Source: Anaerolineales bacterium (GTDB lineage: Bacteria; Chloroflexota; Anaerolineae; Anaerolineales; RBG-16-64-43). From it: a stretch of DNA of 64,000 nt. The notes below the pieces were generated by a model. It was not told the origin of the DNA, ran no database searches, and worked only from the letters and a program-made list of their open reading frames with translations. The stretch covers positions 13,249 to 77,248 of the forward strand of contig JBEKHT010000004.1 of NCBI GenBank assembly GCA_050012135.1, written 5' to 3'. Below, piece by piece: positions 27,786 through 36,795 of the stretch (the first letter of the stretch is position 1; every line of letters begins with the position of its first letter). The translations under genes were made by a program, and so were the position numbers.

Positions 27786-29743
27786 ACCCGTCGCTGGCGC
27801 CGCGTGTGCGTATCGCGATGTACCTGCTTCTGATTCCACTGGCGGCCATCCTGGTCCAGCTCACGCGCTTTCAGATTCTTCCCACCCCGGATCGATCGGC
27901 GCTGTTTTCCGTGCCCTTCCCGCTGGTGCGCCATGTCGAGACGCCGCGCGGTCTCATCTACGACCGCAACGGAAATCTTCTGGCGGGCAACGTGACCCAC
28001 TATCGCATCTACCTCGACAACTGCCAGCAGTATCTCTGGGCGGAAGACCTCTTGCCGGCGGACAACCACGGGCAGGCGAGCATCTCGATCGCGCGAGTGC
28101 TGGGAGAACTGGTCCAGGTGACCGGAGCCCAGATCAACATCCCCCCCGTGGTTCAATCCCTGCAGGAGCTGGACCGCAGTCTGAGCAAGGGATCGGCGAA
28201 CGGGGAGCACCTGAGCACCTGTACCTTGTCGAGCGATGCGGTCGGGGCGGGCGACTCCCGGGTTGCCGTTCCGCTTTGGCTGGACGAATCCCAGGAGGGC
28301 AAACTCGAGATTGCGCAAGGCCAGACCGCGGATGCCAATGGTCATTTCCACAATGATTCCTTGCTCTCGGACCTGCGCTCCGAAGCCTGGTACACCCGCT
28401 ACTACCCGGAGGGGTCCTTGGGCTCTGAGGTCATTGGCTACAGCCGCCAATCCGGCGACCAAGCGGGGAATCCAGCGCAGGGAGTGCTGCGCTACTATCT
28501 CGAGACGGGGGACTGGGGGGTCGAGAACTACTACAACGACATCCTTCAGGGAACCCGTGAGGATGTGACCTGGACGGTCGTCCCCATCGATATTAGCAAC
28601 AACATTGATCGCGCCCAGCCTCCAGCCAACCTGATTCTTACGATCGACCGGGAAATCCAGGCCGAATCCGAGGCGGTCTTGCGCGAGGGCATCGAGCGCA
28701 GCCATGCCTCGCGAGGCTCGATCCTGGTTCTGCGGCCGCAAACGGGGGAGATCTTGGCGATGGCAGACTATCCCGCCGCGGACCTGAACGACCCGGGCGG
28801 CTTTGAGACCATCTTCCATGCGAAGGGGAGGTTGCCAGATGATCCCCAGGGGCAGGTGCCCTCGCTCAACTCAGAGGCCCCCTACGAGCCGGGATCCACA
28901 TTCAAGGTCCTGACCATGGCCTCGGCGCTCGATTCTGGGAAGGTGCAGCCGGGAACGACCTTCGTCGATCAAGGCTCTCTAGAGGTGGGCGGGCTGGTCA
29001 TTCACAATTGGACCCCCCAGGCCTTTGGCCTGCAGGACATGACGGGCTGTCTGGCCAACTCGATCAACACCTGTCTGGCCTGGGTGGCAACCCAGAAGAT
29101 GGGGCCAGCCGACTTCTACAGCTACATGGATCGTTTTTGGATTGGCCGAACGATTGGCGTGGATCTGCCCGAATTGGCTGGAGACCTGCGCCGGCCCGGA
29201 GATACCGATTGGACCGACGCCACCCTGGCCACCAACGCGTTTGGCCAAGGGGTCTCCGTGACTCCCTTGCATCTAGCAGCCGCCATCGCGGCGGTCGCCA
29301 ATCATGGGGTCATGATGATCCCCCATGTCGTCAAGTCGATCGTGCGACCCGACGGATCGGTTGAGGAGATCGACCCGGTCCGATTGGGGCAGCCGATTTC
29401 GGCGGCGACGGCCGACACACTGAACAAGATGCTCGCCCAATCCCTGCAGACCGAGGACTCCAAGGCCCTCGTGCCAGGCTACCAGGTCGCGGGAAAAACC
29501 GGGACAGCCGACATCCCTCCCTACGTCGGGACGAAGACAATCGCCTCCTTTGTGGGTTGGGGGCCTGCGGACGATCCGCAGGTACTCATTCTCATCCGAA
29601 TTGACGAGCCCACCTCGGCAGGTGACATGCAATACGGATCGATCACGGCCGCTCCCCTGTTTGCCGAGCTAGCCCCGCGGGTGTTTGCCGTTTTGGGCAT
29701 CCCGCCGGACGCGGTCCGCCACAAGCTGGTTGCGACGCAATGA
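27782..29743 (+). CDS. ftsI: penicillin-binding protein (class B transpeptidase, FtsI-like)
   Basis: SxxK (STFK), SxN (SIN) and KTG (KTGTA) motifs follow an N-terminal TM and dimerisation domain. Confidence 0.9.
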   Translation: MNPSLAPRVRIAMYLLLIPLAAILVQLTRFQILPTPDRSALFSVPFPLVRHVETPRGLIYDRNGNLLAGNVTHYRIYLDNCQQYLWAEDLLPADNHGQASISIARVLGELVQVTGAQINIPPVVQSLQELDRSLSKGSANGEHLSTCTLSSDAVGAGDSRVAVPLWLDESQEGKLEIAQGQTADANGHFHNDSLLSDLRSEAWYTRYYPEGSLGSEVIGYSRQSGDQAGNPAQGVLRYYLETGDWGVENYYNDILQGTREDVTWTVVPIDISNNIDRAQPPANLILTIDREIQAESEAVLREGIERSHASRGSILVLRPQTGEILAMADYPAADLNDPGGFETIFHAKGRLPDDPQGQVPSLNSEAPYEPGSTFKVLTMASALDSGKVQPGTTFVDQGSLEVGGLVIHNWTPQAFGLQDMTGCLANSINTCLAWVATQKMGPADFYSYMDRFWIGRTIGVDLPELAGDLRRPGDTDWTDATLATNAFGQGVSVTPLHLAAAIAAVANHGVMMIPHVVKSIVRPDGSVEEIDPVRLGQPISAATADTLNKMLAQSLQTEDSKALVPGYQVAGKTGTADIPPYVGTKTIASFVGWGPADDPQVLILIRIDEPTSAGDMQYGSITAAPLFAELAPRVFAVLGIPPDAVRHKLVATQ

Positions 29744-29767
29744 GGAGCCGGGGCTCGAAGAACAGAC

Positions 29768-31216
29768 ATGTTGGACCTGTCGGTGGTTCTTGAAGCATTG
29801 AGGGCTCCGGCCCCCGAGTTCCCGGCCCTGGGGACTCTCGGCCAGCGGGTCCTGACGGATGCCGTGATTGACTCCCGCATGGCGATTCCGGGGTGTTTGT
29901 TCATCGCCCTGCCTGGGGAAAAATCCGATGGTCACCTGTTTGTCGCTGATGCTTTCGAGCGGGGGGCGGCGGTCGCCCTGGTGCAAGAGGAGATACCCGG
30001 GTTTCGCACGCTGGATTTGAGGGCGGGGGCGGAGGCGGTTGGCCTTCCGGCGGGGATGGAGGCGAAAGCGCCCCTTCATCTTTGCTTGCGGGTGGGCAAC
30101 ACCCTGGAGGCCATGCACAAGATTGCCCGCCGGTGGCGCGCGCGATTGTCTGAGCTGAGGGTCGTGGGAATCACAGGCAGTGTCGGCAAGTCCACCACCA
30201 AGGAACTCGTGGCCAATGTGCTCTCCACGCGCTATGCGACTCTGGCCAGTGAGAGCAGTTTCAACAATGAGATCGGTCTTCCGCTCACCCTGCTCCGGGC
30301 GACGAGCTCGCATCGGTTTGCCGTGTTGGAAATGGGGTTCTACGTCCCCGGCGACATTCGCCTGCTGTGTGAAATCTCCCGTCCCGAGATTGCGATCGTG
30401 ACGATGATCAGCCCCGTCCACCTGGAGCGCGCGGGCAGCCTGGAAGCGATTGTGCGGGGCAAGGCAGAACTCTTGGAGGCTCTGCCCGAAAGTGGAACGG
30501 CGATCCTGAACTGTGACGACGAACGGGTGCGCGGGATGGCGTCCTGGAGCCGAGCCAAGGTCCTCTTTTACGGGCTCAGTCCGGAGGCCGAGCTGAGAGC
30601 GAGCCATGTCACCTCGTTGGGTTTGGAGGGAATCCGCTTCCAAGTGGACTTCCGGGGAGAGACCCTGCACCTGCATGTTCCCCTGCTGGGACAGCACTCG
30701 GTCCACACGGCACTCCGGGCGGTTGCGGTGGGTTTGGTCGTGGGTCTGACGTGGCAAGAGATCCTGGAGGGATTGGGGGCTCCCGCAATGCAATTGCGGC
30801 TCGTCACGGTAGAAGGTCCGAACGGTTCACTGATCGTAGACGACACCTACAACGCCTCACCCGATTCGACGATCGCGGCGTTGAACCTGTTGGCAGAGCT
30901 CGGTCGACAGCCGATCGCCGTGCTGGGTGACATGCTGGAGCTCGGAGGATTTGAGGAACAGGGGCACCGCATGGTTGGGGCCCGGGCAGCCGAAGTGGTT
31001 GGCGAACTGGTCACGATCGGAGAAAGGGCCCGGTGGATTGCGGAAGAAGCCCACCTTCAGGGTCTTTCCTCCGCGCACATCTCGAGTTTCGCGACCGCGG
31101 AAGACGCCCTCCCGTACTTGCAAAGGCGAATCGGGGCCGGCGATGTGGTTCTGGTCAAAGGTTCGCACGCGCTGCGCCTGGATCGCATTGTCAGCTCGCT
31201 GGAGAGTGACGTGTGA
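29768..31216 (+). CDS. murF: UDP-N-acetylmuramoyl-tripeptide--D-alanyl-D-alanine ligase
   Basis: FIALPGEKSDGHLFV and ITGSVGKSTTKE are Mur ligase motifs with a MurF-type N-terminus. Confidence 0.9.
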   Translation: MLDLSVVLEALRAPAPEFPALGTLGQRVLTDAVIDSRMAIPGCLFIALPGEKSDGHLFVADAFERGAAVALVQEEIPGFRTLDLRAGAEAVGLPAGMEAKAPLHLCLRVGNTLEAMHKIARRWRARLSELRVVGITGSVGKSTTKELVANVLSTRYATLASESSFNNEIGLPLTLLRATSSHRFAVLEMGFYVPGDIRLLCEISRPEIAIVTMISPVHLERAGSLEAIVRGKAELLEALPESGTAILNCDDERVRGMASWSRAKVLFYGLSPEAELRASHVTSLGLEGIRFQVDFRGETLHLHVPLLGQHSVHTALRAVAVGLVVGLTWQEILEGLGAPAMQLRLVTVEGPNGSLIVDDTYNASPDSTIAALNLLAELGRQPIAVLGDMLELGGFEEQGHRMVGARAAEVVGELVTIGERARWIAEEAHLQGLSSAHISSFATAEDALPYLQRRIGAGDVVLVKGSHALRLDRIVSSLESDV

Positions 31217-32196
31217 ACGTTGGGATGCCGATGGCCTTGAGTCTGGGAGGCGTCACCTTCGCCCTCGCCGTGATCTGGGGAGGGCCGTTGCTCGAAGCGC
31301 TGCGCAGGCTTGGAATTGGCAAGCAGATTCGGATGGAGGGCCCGCGCAGCCACCAGTCCAAGCTGGGAACCCCCACCATGGGTGGCCTCTTGGTGATCAT
31401 CCCGGTGGTGATCATCACTCTCATACTGAACACCGTCTCGATCGTGGGTCGTTCCCTCTTGGGCCGGTCGATTCTCCTGCCTCTGGGAGTCCTGCTGGCC
31501 TTCTCGGTGCTGGGGGCCGTCGATGACTGGCTGGGGCTGCGCCGACGACCGCTTCGGGCCCGGGAGAAATTCGCAGCCGAATGCGTCGTGGCTTTGATCG
31601 CAGCGATTGGCCTCAAGTACGTGCTCAATGTGCCAGGCGCCTTCTTGCCGGGCGTTCCGGGCTACTTTGATCTCGGCATTTGGTATCTCCCCGTGGCGGT
31701 CCTGGTCATCGTCTCCTCGACGAATGCCGTCAACATCACCGACGGTTTGGATGGCTTGGCCGGATTGGTCGGAGCGACCGCATTCGTCGCCTATGCAGTC
31801 ATCGCGGGCCTGCAAGGACAGGTGTTCTTGGTGCGCTTCTGTTTCACGGTGGTGGGGGCCCTCTTTGCCTTCCTTTGGTACAACGCCTACCCCGCCCAAA
31901 TGTTCATGGGGGACACCGGTTCGCTGGCCATCGGCGCCCTGCTCGGGGTCGTCGCGCTCATGACGGCCCAATGGCCTCTCCTGCCCCTCATCGCCATCAT
32001 CCCGGCCAGTGAGACCCTCAGTGTGATCCTTCAGATTGCCTTTTTTCGGTGGACCAAGGGGCGACGCCTGTTCAGAATGGCGCCCCTCCATCACCACTTT
32101 GAGCTCCTGGGTTGGAGCGAGACCCAAATTGTGCAGCGTTTCTGGCTCATAGGACTGCTCGCCGCAATGGTCGGCGTGGCACTCGCCGTGGCCTGA
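31213..32196 (+). CDS. mraY: phospho-N-acetylmuramoyl-pentapeptide transferase
   Basis: KLGTPTMGGLL, NAVNITDGLDGLA and MGDTGSLAIGA are MraY motifs in a multi-TM protein. Confidence 0.95.
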   Translation: MNVGMPMALSLGGVTFALAVIWGGPLLEALRRLGIGKQIRMEGPRSHQSKLGTPTMGGLLVIIPVVIITLILNTVSIVGRSLLGRSILLPLGVLLAFSVLGAVDDWLGLRRRPLRAREKFAAECVVALIAAIGLKYVLNVPGAFLPGVPGYFDLGIWYLPVAVLVIVSSTNAVNITDGLDGLAGLVGATAFVAYAVIAGLQGQVFLVRFCFTVVGALFAFLWYNAYPAQMFMGDTGSLAIGALLGVVALMTAQWPLLPLIAIIPASETLSVILQIAFFRWTKGRRLFRMAPLHHHFELLGWSETQIVQRFWLIGLLAAMVGVALAVA

Positions 32197-32254
32197 GCAG
32201 AGAGCCCGGCGGGGTGAGGAACACTCGAAGTCAAGATCGGGGAGGAGGATTGCG

Positions 32255-32581
32255 ATGGAACTCGGAATGCTCTGGTTCGATGGGGACACACAGCGCCCGC
32301 TGCAGGAGCGGCTGGAGGGTGCCGCTCGCTACTATTCCCAGAAGTATGGTCGCAGGGCGAATACCTGCTACGCCCATCCGAACACGATCGACTCGGTAGG
32401 CAATGGATCGGGCCGGAAGGGCGGGAAGCGCGAGGAGCTGGTTGCGGGCATGGTTGTGCGTCCCTCTCGCACGGTCTTGCCGAACCACTTCTGGCTCGGC
32501 GTCGAGGAGCCGATCGGGCCGATCCCGTTGCCCGCCTCTCTGGGCGCCCGGGAAAGACAACGCCAGGTAGTTCACAGCTGA
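32255..32581 (+). CDS. hypothetical protein embedded between mraY and murD
   Basis: 108-aa ORF behind GGAGGAGGA with a 5-nt spacer. Third-position GC bias matches the neighbouring genes. I recognise no motif. Confidence 0.6.
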   Translation: MELGMLWFDGDTQRPLQERLEGAARYYSQKYGRRANTCYAHPNTIDSVGNGSGRKGGKREELVAGMVVRPSRTVLPNHFWLGVEEPIGPIPLPASLGARERQRQVVHS

Positions 32582-32629
32582 TTCCTGTCCTGCAAGCCGG
32601 GACTCTCGAGGCGGCTATCGGATCGAGAG

Positions 32630-34036
32630 ATGGAATACTCGCGCATGAGGGTCGTGATCTTGGGGTTGGCACGGCAGGGGACAGCGCTCTCCCGCTACTT
32701 GGCGGCTCGGGGGGCGCATGTGGTCGCCAGTGACCTCAAGTCGGCGGAGGCCTTGGGGGATCGACTCGAGGCCTTGCGGGGACTCGACCTTGAATTTGTC
32801 CTGGGCGGACATCCCTTGCAGCTATTGGACGGAGCCGACTTGCTCTTCCTATCCGGGGGCGTTCCGGGGGATCTGCCCATCGTTCTAGAGGCCCGCCGGA
32901 GAGGGATCCCCATCTCCAATGATTCTCAGGTGTTCCTCGAAGCCTGTCCCGCTCGAACGATTGGCATCACCGGCTCGGCGGGCAAAACCACTACCACAGC
33001 GCTGGTGGCGGAGATTGGCAGAGCCAGCCCCGCTTTTGCGAAGCCCGGAGCAGTGTGGATGGGGGGAAACATCGGCAACCCGCTGATCGCGGAGCTCGAG
33101 CGGATCCAGCCCGGGGACCTGGTGGTCATGGAGCTCTCCAGCTTCCAATTGGAGTGGATGACGCGCAGCCCGAACATTGCGGCCATCTTGAACTTGACCC
33201 CCAACCACCTGGACCGGCACGGCACGATGGCCGCCTACCGGGAAGCCAAGGCCAGGATCCTGCAGGCTCAGGGACGCAAGGATTGGGCTGTTTTCGGCTG
33301 GGACAGCCCGGAAGCTCGAGGTCTTCTGGAAAGGGCTCAAGGAAGGATCGCCTTTTTCGGCCTCGACCCACTCGCGGCCAGGGAATGGATCGACGGCTCC
33401 TTTCTGGACGAAGGCTGGATCGTCCTTCGCCGGGCCCGCCAAGACGTACGGGTCCTGAAGTCGCAGGAGATACGGCTGCGAGGTCGCCACAACCTGGCGA
33501 ACGTGGTGGCGGCCTGCATCCTGGCGAGTCTGGCCGGGATTGCCGCGCAGGAAATGGGGGATGCCATCCGCCGCTTCCCGGGAGTTCCCCACCGCCTGGA
33601 GTTTGTCGGTCGGATCCGGGGCGTCGACTGGTACAACGACTCGATTGCCACGGCACCAGAGCGCGCCATTGCCGCGATCGAATCCTTCCCCGAGCCCTTG
33701 GTCCTCCTGGCCGGAGGCAGGGACAAGAAGCTCCCTTGGGAGGAGTGGGCGCGACGGGTGCGAACGCGAGTGGATCATCTCATCCTTTTTGGCGAGGCCG
33801 CGGCGCTGATCGAGTCCGCTCTGGCCTCCATCCCCAATACCGGTCGCCCGATGACGGTTTCGCGTTGTGCCGGCTTGGAAGAGGCCGTGAGGGCGGCGGC
33901 GAAGGTCGCCCGGCCCGGATCCGTGGTTCTCCTGGCGCCTGGGGGGACCAGCTTTGATGAGTTTCGTGACTTCGAAGAACGAGGCGAGCGCTTTCGAGAT
34001 TGGGTGAAGCAGCTTCGGCAGGAGGTCGGCGAGTGA
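32630..34036 (+). CDS. murD: UDP-N-acetylmuramoylalanine--D-glutamate ligase
   Basis: VVILGLARQGTALSRYLAARGAHV is a Rossmann-like N-terminus, and ITGSAGKTTT is the Mur ligase P-loop. Confidence 0.9.
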   Translation: MEYSRMRVVILGLARQGTALSRYLAARGAHVVASDLKSAEALGDRLEALRGLDLEFVLGGHPLQLLDGADLLFLSGGVPGDLPIVLEARRRGIPISNDSQVFLEACPARTIGITGSAGKTTTTALVAEIGRASPAFAKPGAVWMGGNIGNPLIAELERIQPGDLVVMELSSFQLEWMTRSPNIAAILNLTPNHLDRHGTMAAYREAKARILQAQGRKDWAVFGWDSPEARGLLERAQGRIAFFGLDPLAAREWIDGSFLDEGWIVLRRARQDVRVLKSQEIRLRGRHNLANVVAACILASLAGIAAQEMGDAIRRFPGVPHRLEFVGRIRGVDWYNDSIATAPERAIAAIESFPEPLVLLAGGRDKKLPWEEWARRVRTRVDHLILFGEAAALIESALASIPNTGRPMTVSRCAGLEEAVRAAAKVARPGSVVLLAPGGTSFDEFRDFEERGERFRDWVKQLRQEVGE

Positions 34037-35253
34037 TTAAGACGGGTCTCGGCACGCGCATGCGCGGGTCCGACATTGGGTTTGACCCGGTGTATCTCCT
34101 GCTGGTGCTCACGCTCCTGGTCTTTGGATTGATTACCGTCGCCTCCAGCAGCTGGGGGGCGTCCTATGAGCTCTCTCCCAATCACTCCGTCTGGTACCTC
34201 TTCTTGCGACAGCTCGCCTGGGCGGCTGTCGGTTTACTGCTTCTGTTTGTTACCTTTCGACTCGACTACCACCGCTGGCAGCCTTGGGCTCTGCCGGTCG
34301 GGTTGATTACGATCGTGCTGCTGGTTGTCGTGGTGATCCTCAATTGGAATGGCCCCATTCGCCGGGGTCTTTTCGCGGAGTCGGTGCAGGCATCCGAAGT
34401 GGCCAAGTTTGCCACGGTGATCTACCTGGGAGTCTGGTTGGTCTCCAAAGCCAAGGTCCTCGACAGCCTGTCCCTGGGCATGATTCCTTACGCGGTGCTG
34501 ATCGGGCTGTTTGCGGGCTTGATCCTGCTGGAGCCGGACTTGAGCGCGGCAGCCACAATTGTCCTGATCGGAATGGCGATGTTCTTTTTCGGTGGGGGGA
34601 GCTACCGCAACGTGACTGCAGCCACCGTCACCATGGTTGCGGGGGGCGTCTTGGTGGCCATGCTCCTCCGTCCGGCCCGTATCGAGCAGTATCTGGCGGG
34701 CTGGAAGGACATTCGCGAGTCCAACCTGCAACTTCTTGAGGCGTTGTCGGCCATCTCGAGCGGGGGCCTGGTGGGAGTCGGGGCGGGGGCCAGCAAATTC
34801 AAGTATTTCTCCCTGCCCGCCGCACACACAGACAGCGTCTTTGCCGTGATCTCAGAGGAACTGGGTTTCCTGGGTGCTCTGGTTGTGCTGGCTCTTTTTG
34901 CCGTGCTGGTGTGGCGAGGATATCGGATCGCCCTGCGCGCGCCCGACTCCCTGGGCTTGATCTTCGCCGCGGGATTCACCACTTGGATTGCCGCGGAGGC
35001 CCTGATCAATGTCTTGACGATTCTCGCTTTGCTGCCTTTTGCAGGAAACCCGCTGCCCTTCTTCAGCTATGGCGGGTCCAATCTGGTCATGACCCTGGCG
35101 GCCACAGGGATCGTGCTGAACGTCTCGCGCACCAGCCATGCTCAGCGCAAGGAAGAGATGACCAATGCGGGGGCTGATCAGCGCTGGCGGTACGGGCGGG
35201 GGGATCTTCCCCGCGCTCGCCGTAGTCCAGGCTCTTCTCCGAAGCGACCCTGA
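34033..35253 (+). CDS. ftsW: SEDS family peptidoglycan glycosyltransferase FtsW
   Basis: Ten-TM SEDS pattern (PAAHTDSVFAVISEELGFLG, FSYGGSNLV). A GTG start overlapping the murD stop (GTGA) was chosen. The 3' end overlaps murG by 89 nt. Confidence 0.88.
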   Translation: MIKTGLGTRMRGSDIGFDPVYLLLVLTLLVFGLITVASSSWGASYELSPNHSVWYLFLRQLAWAAVGLLLLFVTFRLDYHRWQPWALPVGLITIVLLVVVVILNWNGPIRRGLFAESVQASEVAKFATVIYLGVWLVSKAKVLDSLSLGMIPYAVLIGLFAGLILLEPDLSAAATIVLIGMAMFFFGGGSYRNVTAATVTMVAGGVLVAMLLRPARIEQYLAGWKDIRESNLQLLEALSAISSGGLVGVGAGASKFKYFSLPAAHTDSVFAVISEELGFLGALVVLALFAVLVWRGYRIALRAPDSLGLIFAAGFTTWIAAEALINVLTILALLPFAGNPLPFFSYGGSNLVMTLAATGIVLNVSRTSHAQRKEEMTNAGADQRWRYGRGDLPRARRSPGSSPKRP

Positions 35254-36277
35254 GGCGCAGATTCTCTGGGTCGGCGGAGAAGGGGGCATGGAAGGGGACA
35301 TCGTGCCTCGCTACCACATCGCCTACCAATCGATACCGGCGGCTGGGCTGCATGGCGTCGGCCTGAGCCGAATCCTGCCCAATAGCCTGACCTTGGGGCG
35401 CGGATTCCTCCGGTCCGTCAAGACGGTGCGGGCCTTTCGTCCCGATGCCCTCCTGGTGACGGGTGGGTACGTGGCGGTCCCCACAGCATTGGCGAGCTGG
35501 GCCAACCGGGTGCCCATCCTTGCATACCTTCCGGATCTCCGACCTGCCTTGGCCCTTCGGTTTGTGGCTCGGCTGGCCAGAAGGGTGGCCCTGTCGGCAG
35601 CGGAAAGCCGGGCCTGGTTCCCGCGCAGCACAGACACTGTGATCACCGGGTATCCCCTGCGCCAGGAGTTGATGGCTGCAAACCGGGAAGAGGCGCGGCG
35701 CCATTTTCGGATTGACGCACAGGCGTTTGTGCTTCTGGTCTTGGGGGGCAGCCGCGGGGCCAGAGCGATCAACCGCGCGGTGGAGGCCGGCTTGGCGGAT
35801 CTGCTCGGGCAGATGGAAGTCATTCACCTCACCGGGAGTTCAGATTGGGAAGAAGTGCGCCAGGTGGTGAGCAACCTGCCGCCCGCTCTCCGAGAAAAGC
35901 ATCACGCCTTCCCATTCCTATATGAGGAGATGGGAATGGCCCTGGCCGCCAGCGACCTGGCGGTGTCCCGGGCCGGGGCCTCGGTTCTGGGAGAGTATCC
36001 GCATTTCCAGCTGCCTTCGATTCTGGTGCCCTATCCGCATGCGGGACAGTACCAGGCGGGAAATGCGGATTACTTGGTCCGCATGGGCGCCGCCGTCAAG
36101 CTGGCCGATTCGGAGCTGGCCACGAAACTGAAGGCGACCATTCTGGAGCTTGAAGAGGATCGGGACCGTCTGGATCCGATGCGCAGGGCACTGGGCAGGA
36201 TCCGCGTCGAGGACGGCTCTTCCCGTCTTGCGCTGGAATTCCTTCAGTTGGCGAGGGAAGCGGGTCAGCCGGGATGA
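35165..36277 (+). CDS. murG: undecaprenyldiphospho-muramoylpentapeptide beta-N-acetylglucosaminyltransferase
   Basis: The N-terminus GGTGGGIFPALAV and the GT28 C-terminal domain match MurG. Confidence 0.9.
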   Translation: MRGLISAGGTGGGIFPALAVVQALLRSDPEAQILWVGGEGGMEGDIVPRYHIAYQSIPAAGLHGVGLSRILPNSLTLGRGFLRSVKTVRAFRPDALLVTGGYVAVPTALASWANRVPILAYLPDLRPALALRFVARLARRVALSAAESRAWFPRSTDTVITGYPLRQELMAANREEARRHFRIDAQAFVLLVLGGSRGARAINRAVEAGLADLLGQMEVIHLTGSSDWEEVRQVVSNLPPALREKHHAFPFLYEEMGMALAASDLAVSRAGASVLGEYPHFQLPSILVPYPHAGQYQAGNADYLVRMGAAVKLADSELATKLKATILELEEDRDRLDPMRRALGRIRVEDGSSRLALEFLQLAREAGQPG

Positions 36278-36795
36278 CGATCGCCCTGGTGTTTTGGTTG
36301 CTGGTTTTCGTCTTCGCCCTGATCGGCTCCATGCGAGGCTGGGCGAAGGAATTGCTTGTAAGTTTCAGCATGGTGATTGCGCTGTTCATCAACCTGCTCC
36401 TGAACAAGTACGGCCAGGGGATCCTCTCCTCTCTGAAGGGAGATGCCCTTTTTTGGTTGAGGGCGGCACTGGTGGGGCTGATGGCCTATTTTGGATACGT
36501 GACTCCAAAGATGCCCTGGGTGCCGGAAAACCGGTTTCTGAGGGAACACCTGCAGGATGGGCTTCTGGGCTTGGTCATCGGCGGCGTCAATGGGGCTCTG
36601 ATCTTTGGGAGCATTTGGTATTTCCTGCACCTGGCGGGCTATCCATTCCCCGGGCTCGAGTTTGCCCGCCAGACCGCCCAGGACCCGCAGATCGTGACCA
36701 TGATGCACTTCATGCCGCCGGTCTTGCTCGGAGAAACTTGGCTCCTGGTGATCGTTGCGGTCATTTCCGTTTTTGTGATCGTCGTGTTTGTGTGA
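36274..36795 (+). CDS. CvpA-like small integral membrane protein
   Basis: 173 aa with 4-5 TMs. The N-terminus (LLVFVFALIGSMRGWAKELLVSFS) resembles the CvpA family. It is translationally coupled to murG and murC on both sides. Confidence 0.6.
   Translation: MTIALVFWLLVFVFALIGSMRGWAKELLVSFSMVIALFINLLLNKYGQGILSSLKGDALFWLRAALVGLMAYFGYVTPKMPWVPENRFLREHLQDGLLGLVIGGVNGALIFGSIWYFLHLAGYPFPGLEFARQTAQDPQIVTMMHFMPPVLLGETWLLVIVAVISVFVIVVFV

Noticed and set aside
26370-27839. 489-aa minus-strand ORF (and 26080-27156)
   Set aside because: They are antisense to rsmH and the ftsL-like gene. They are shadow ORFs.
31057-32289. 410-aa minus-strand ORF
   Set aside because: It is antisense to mraY. It is a shadow ORF.
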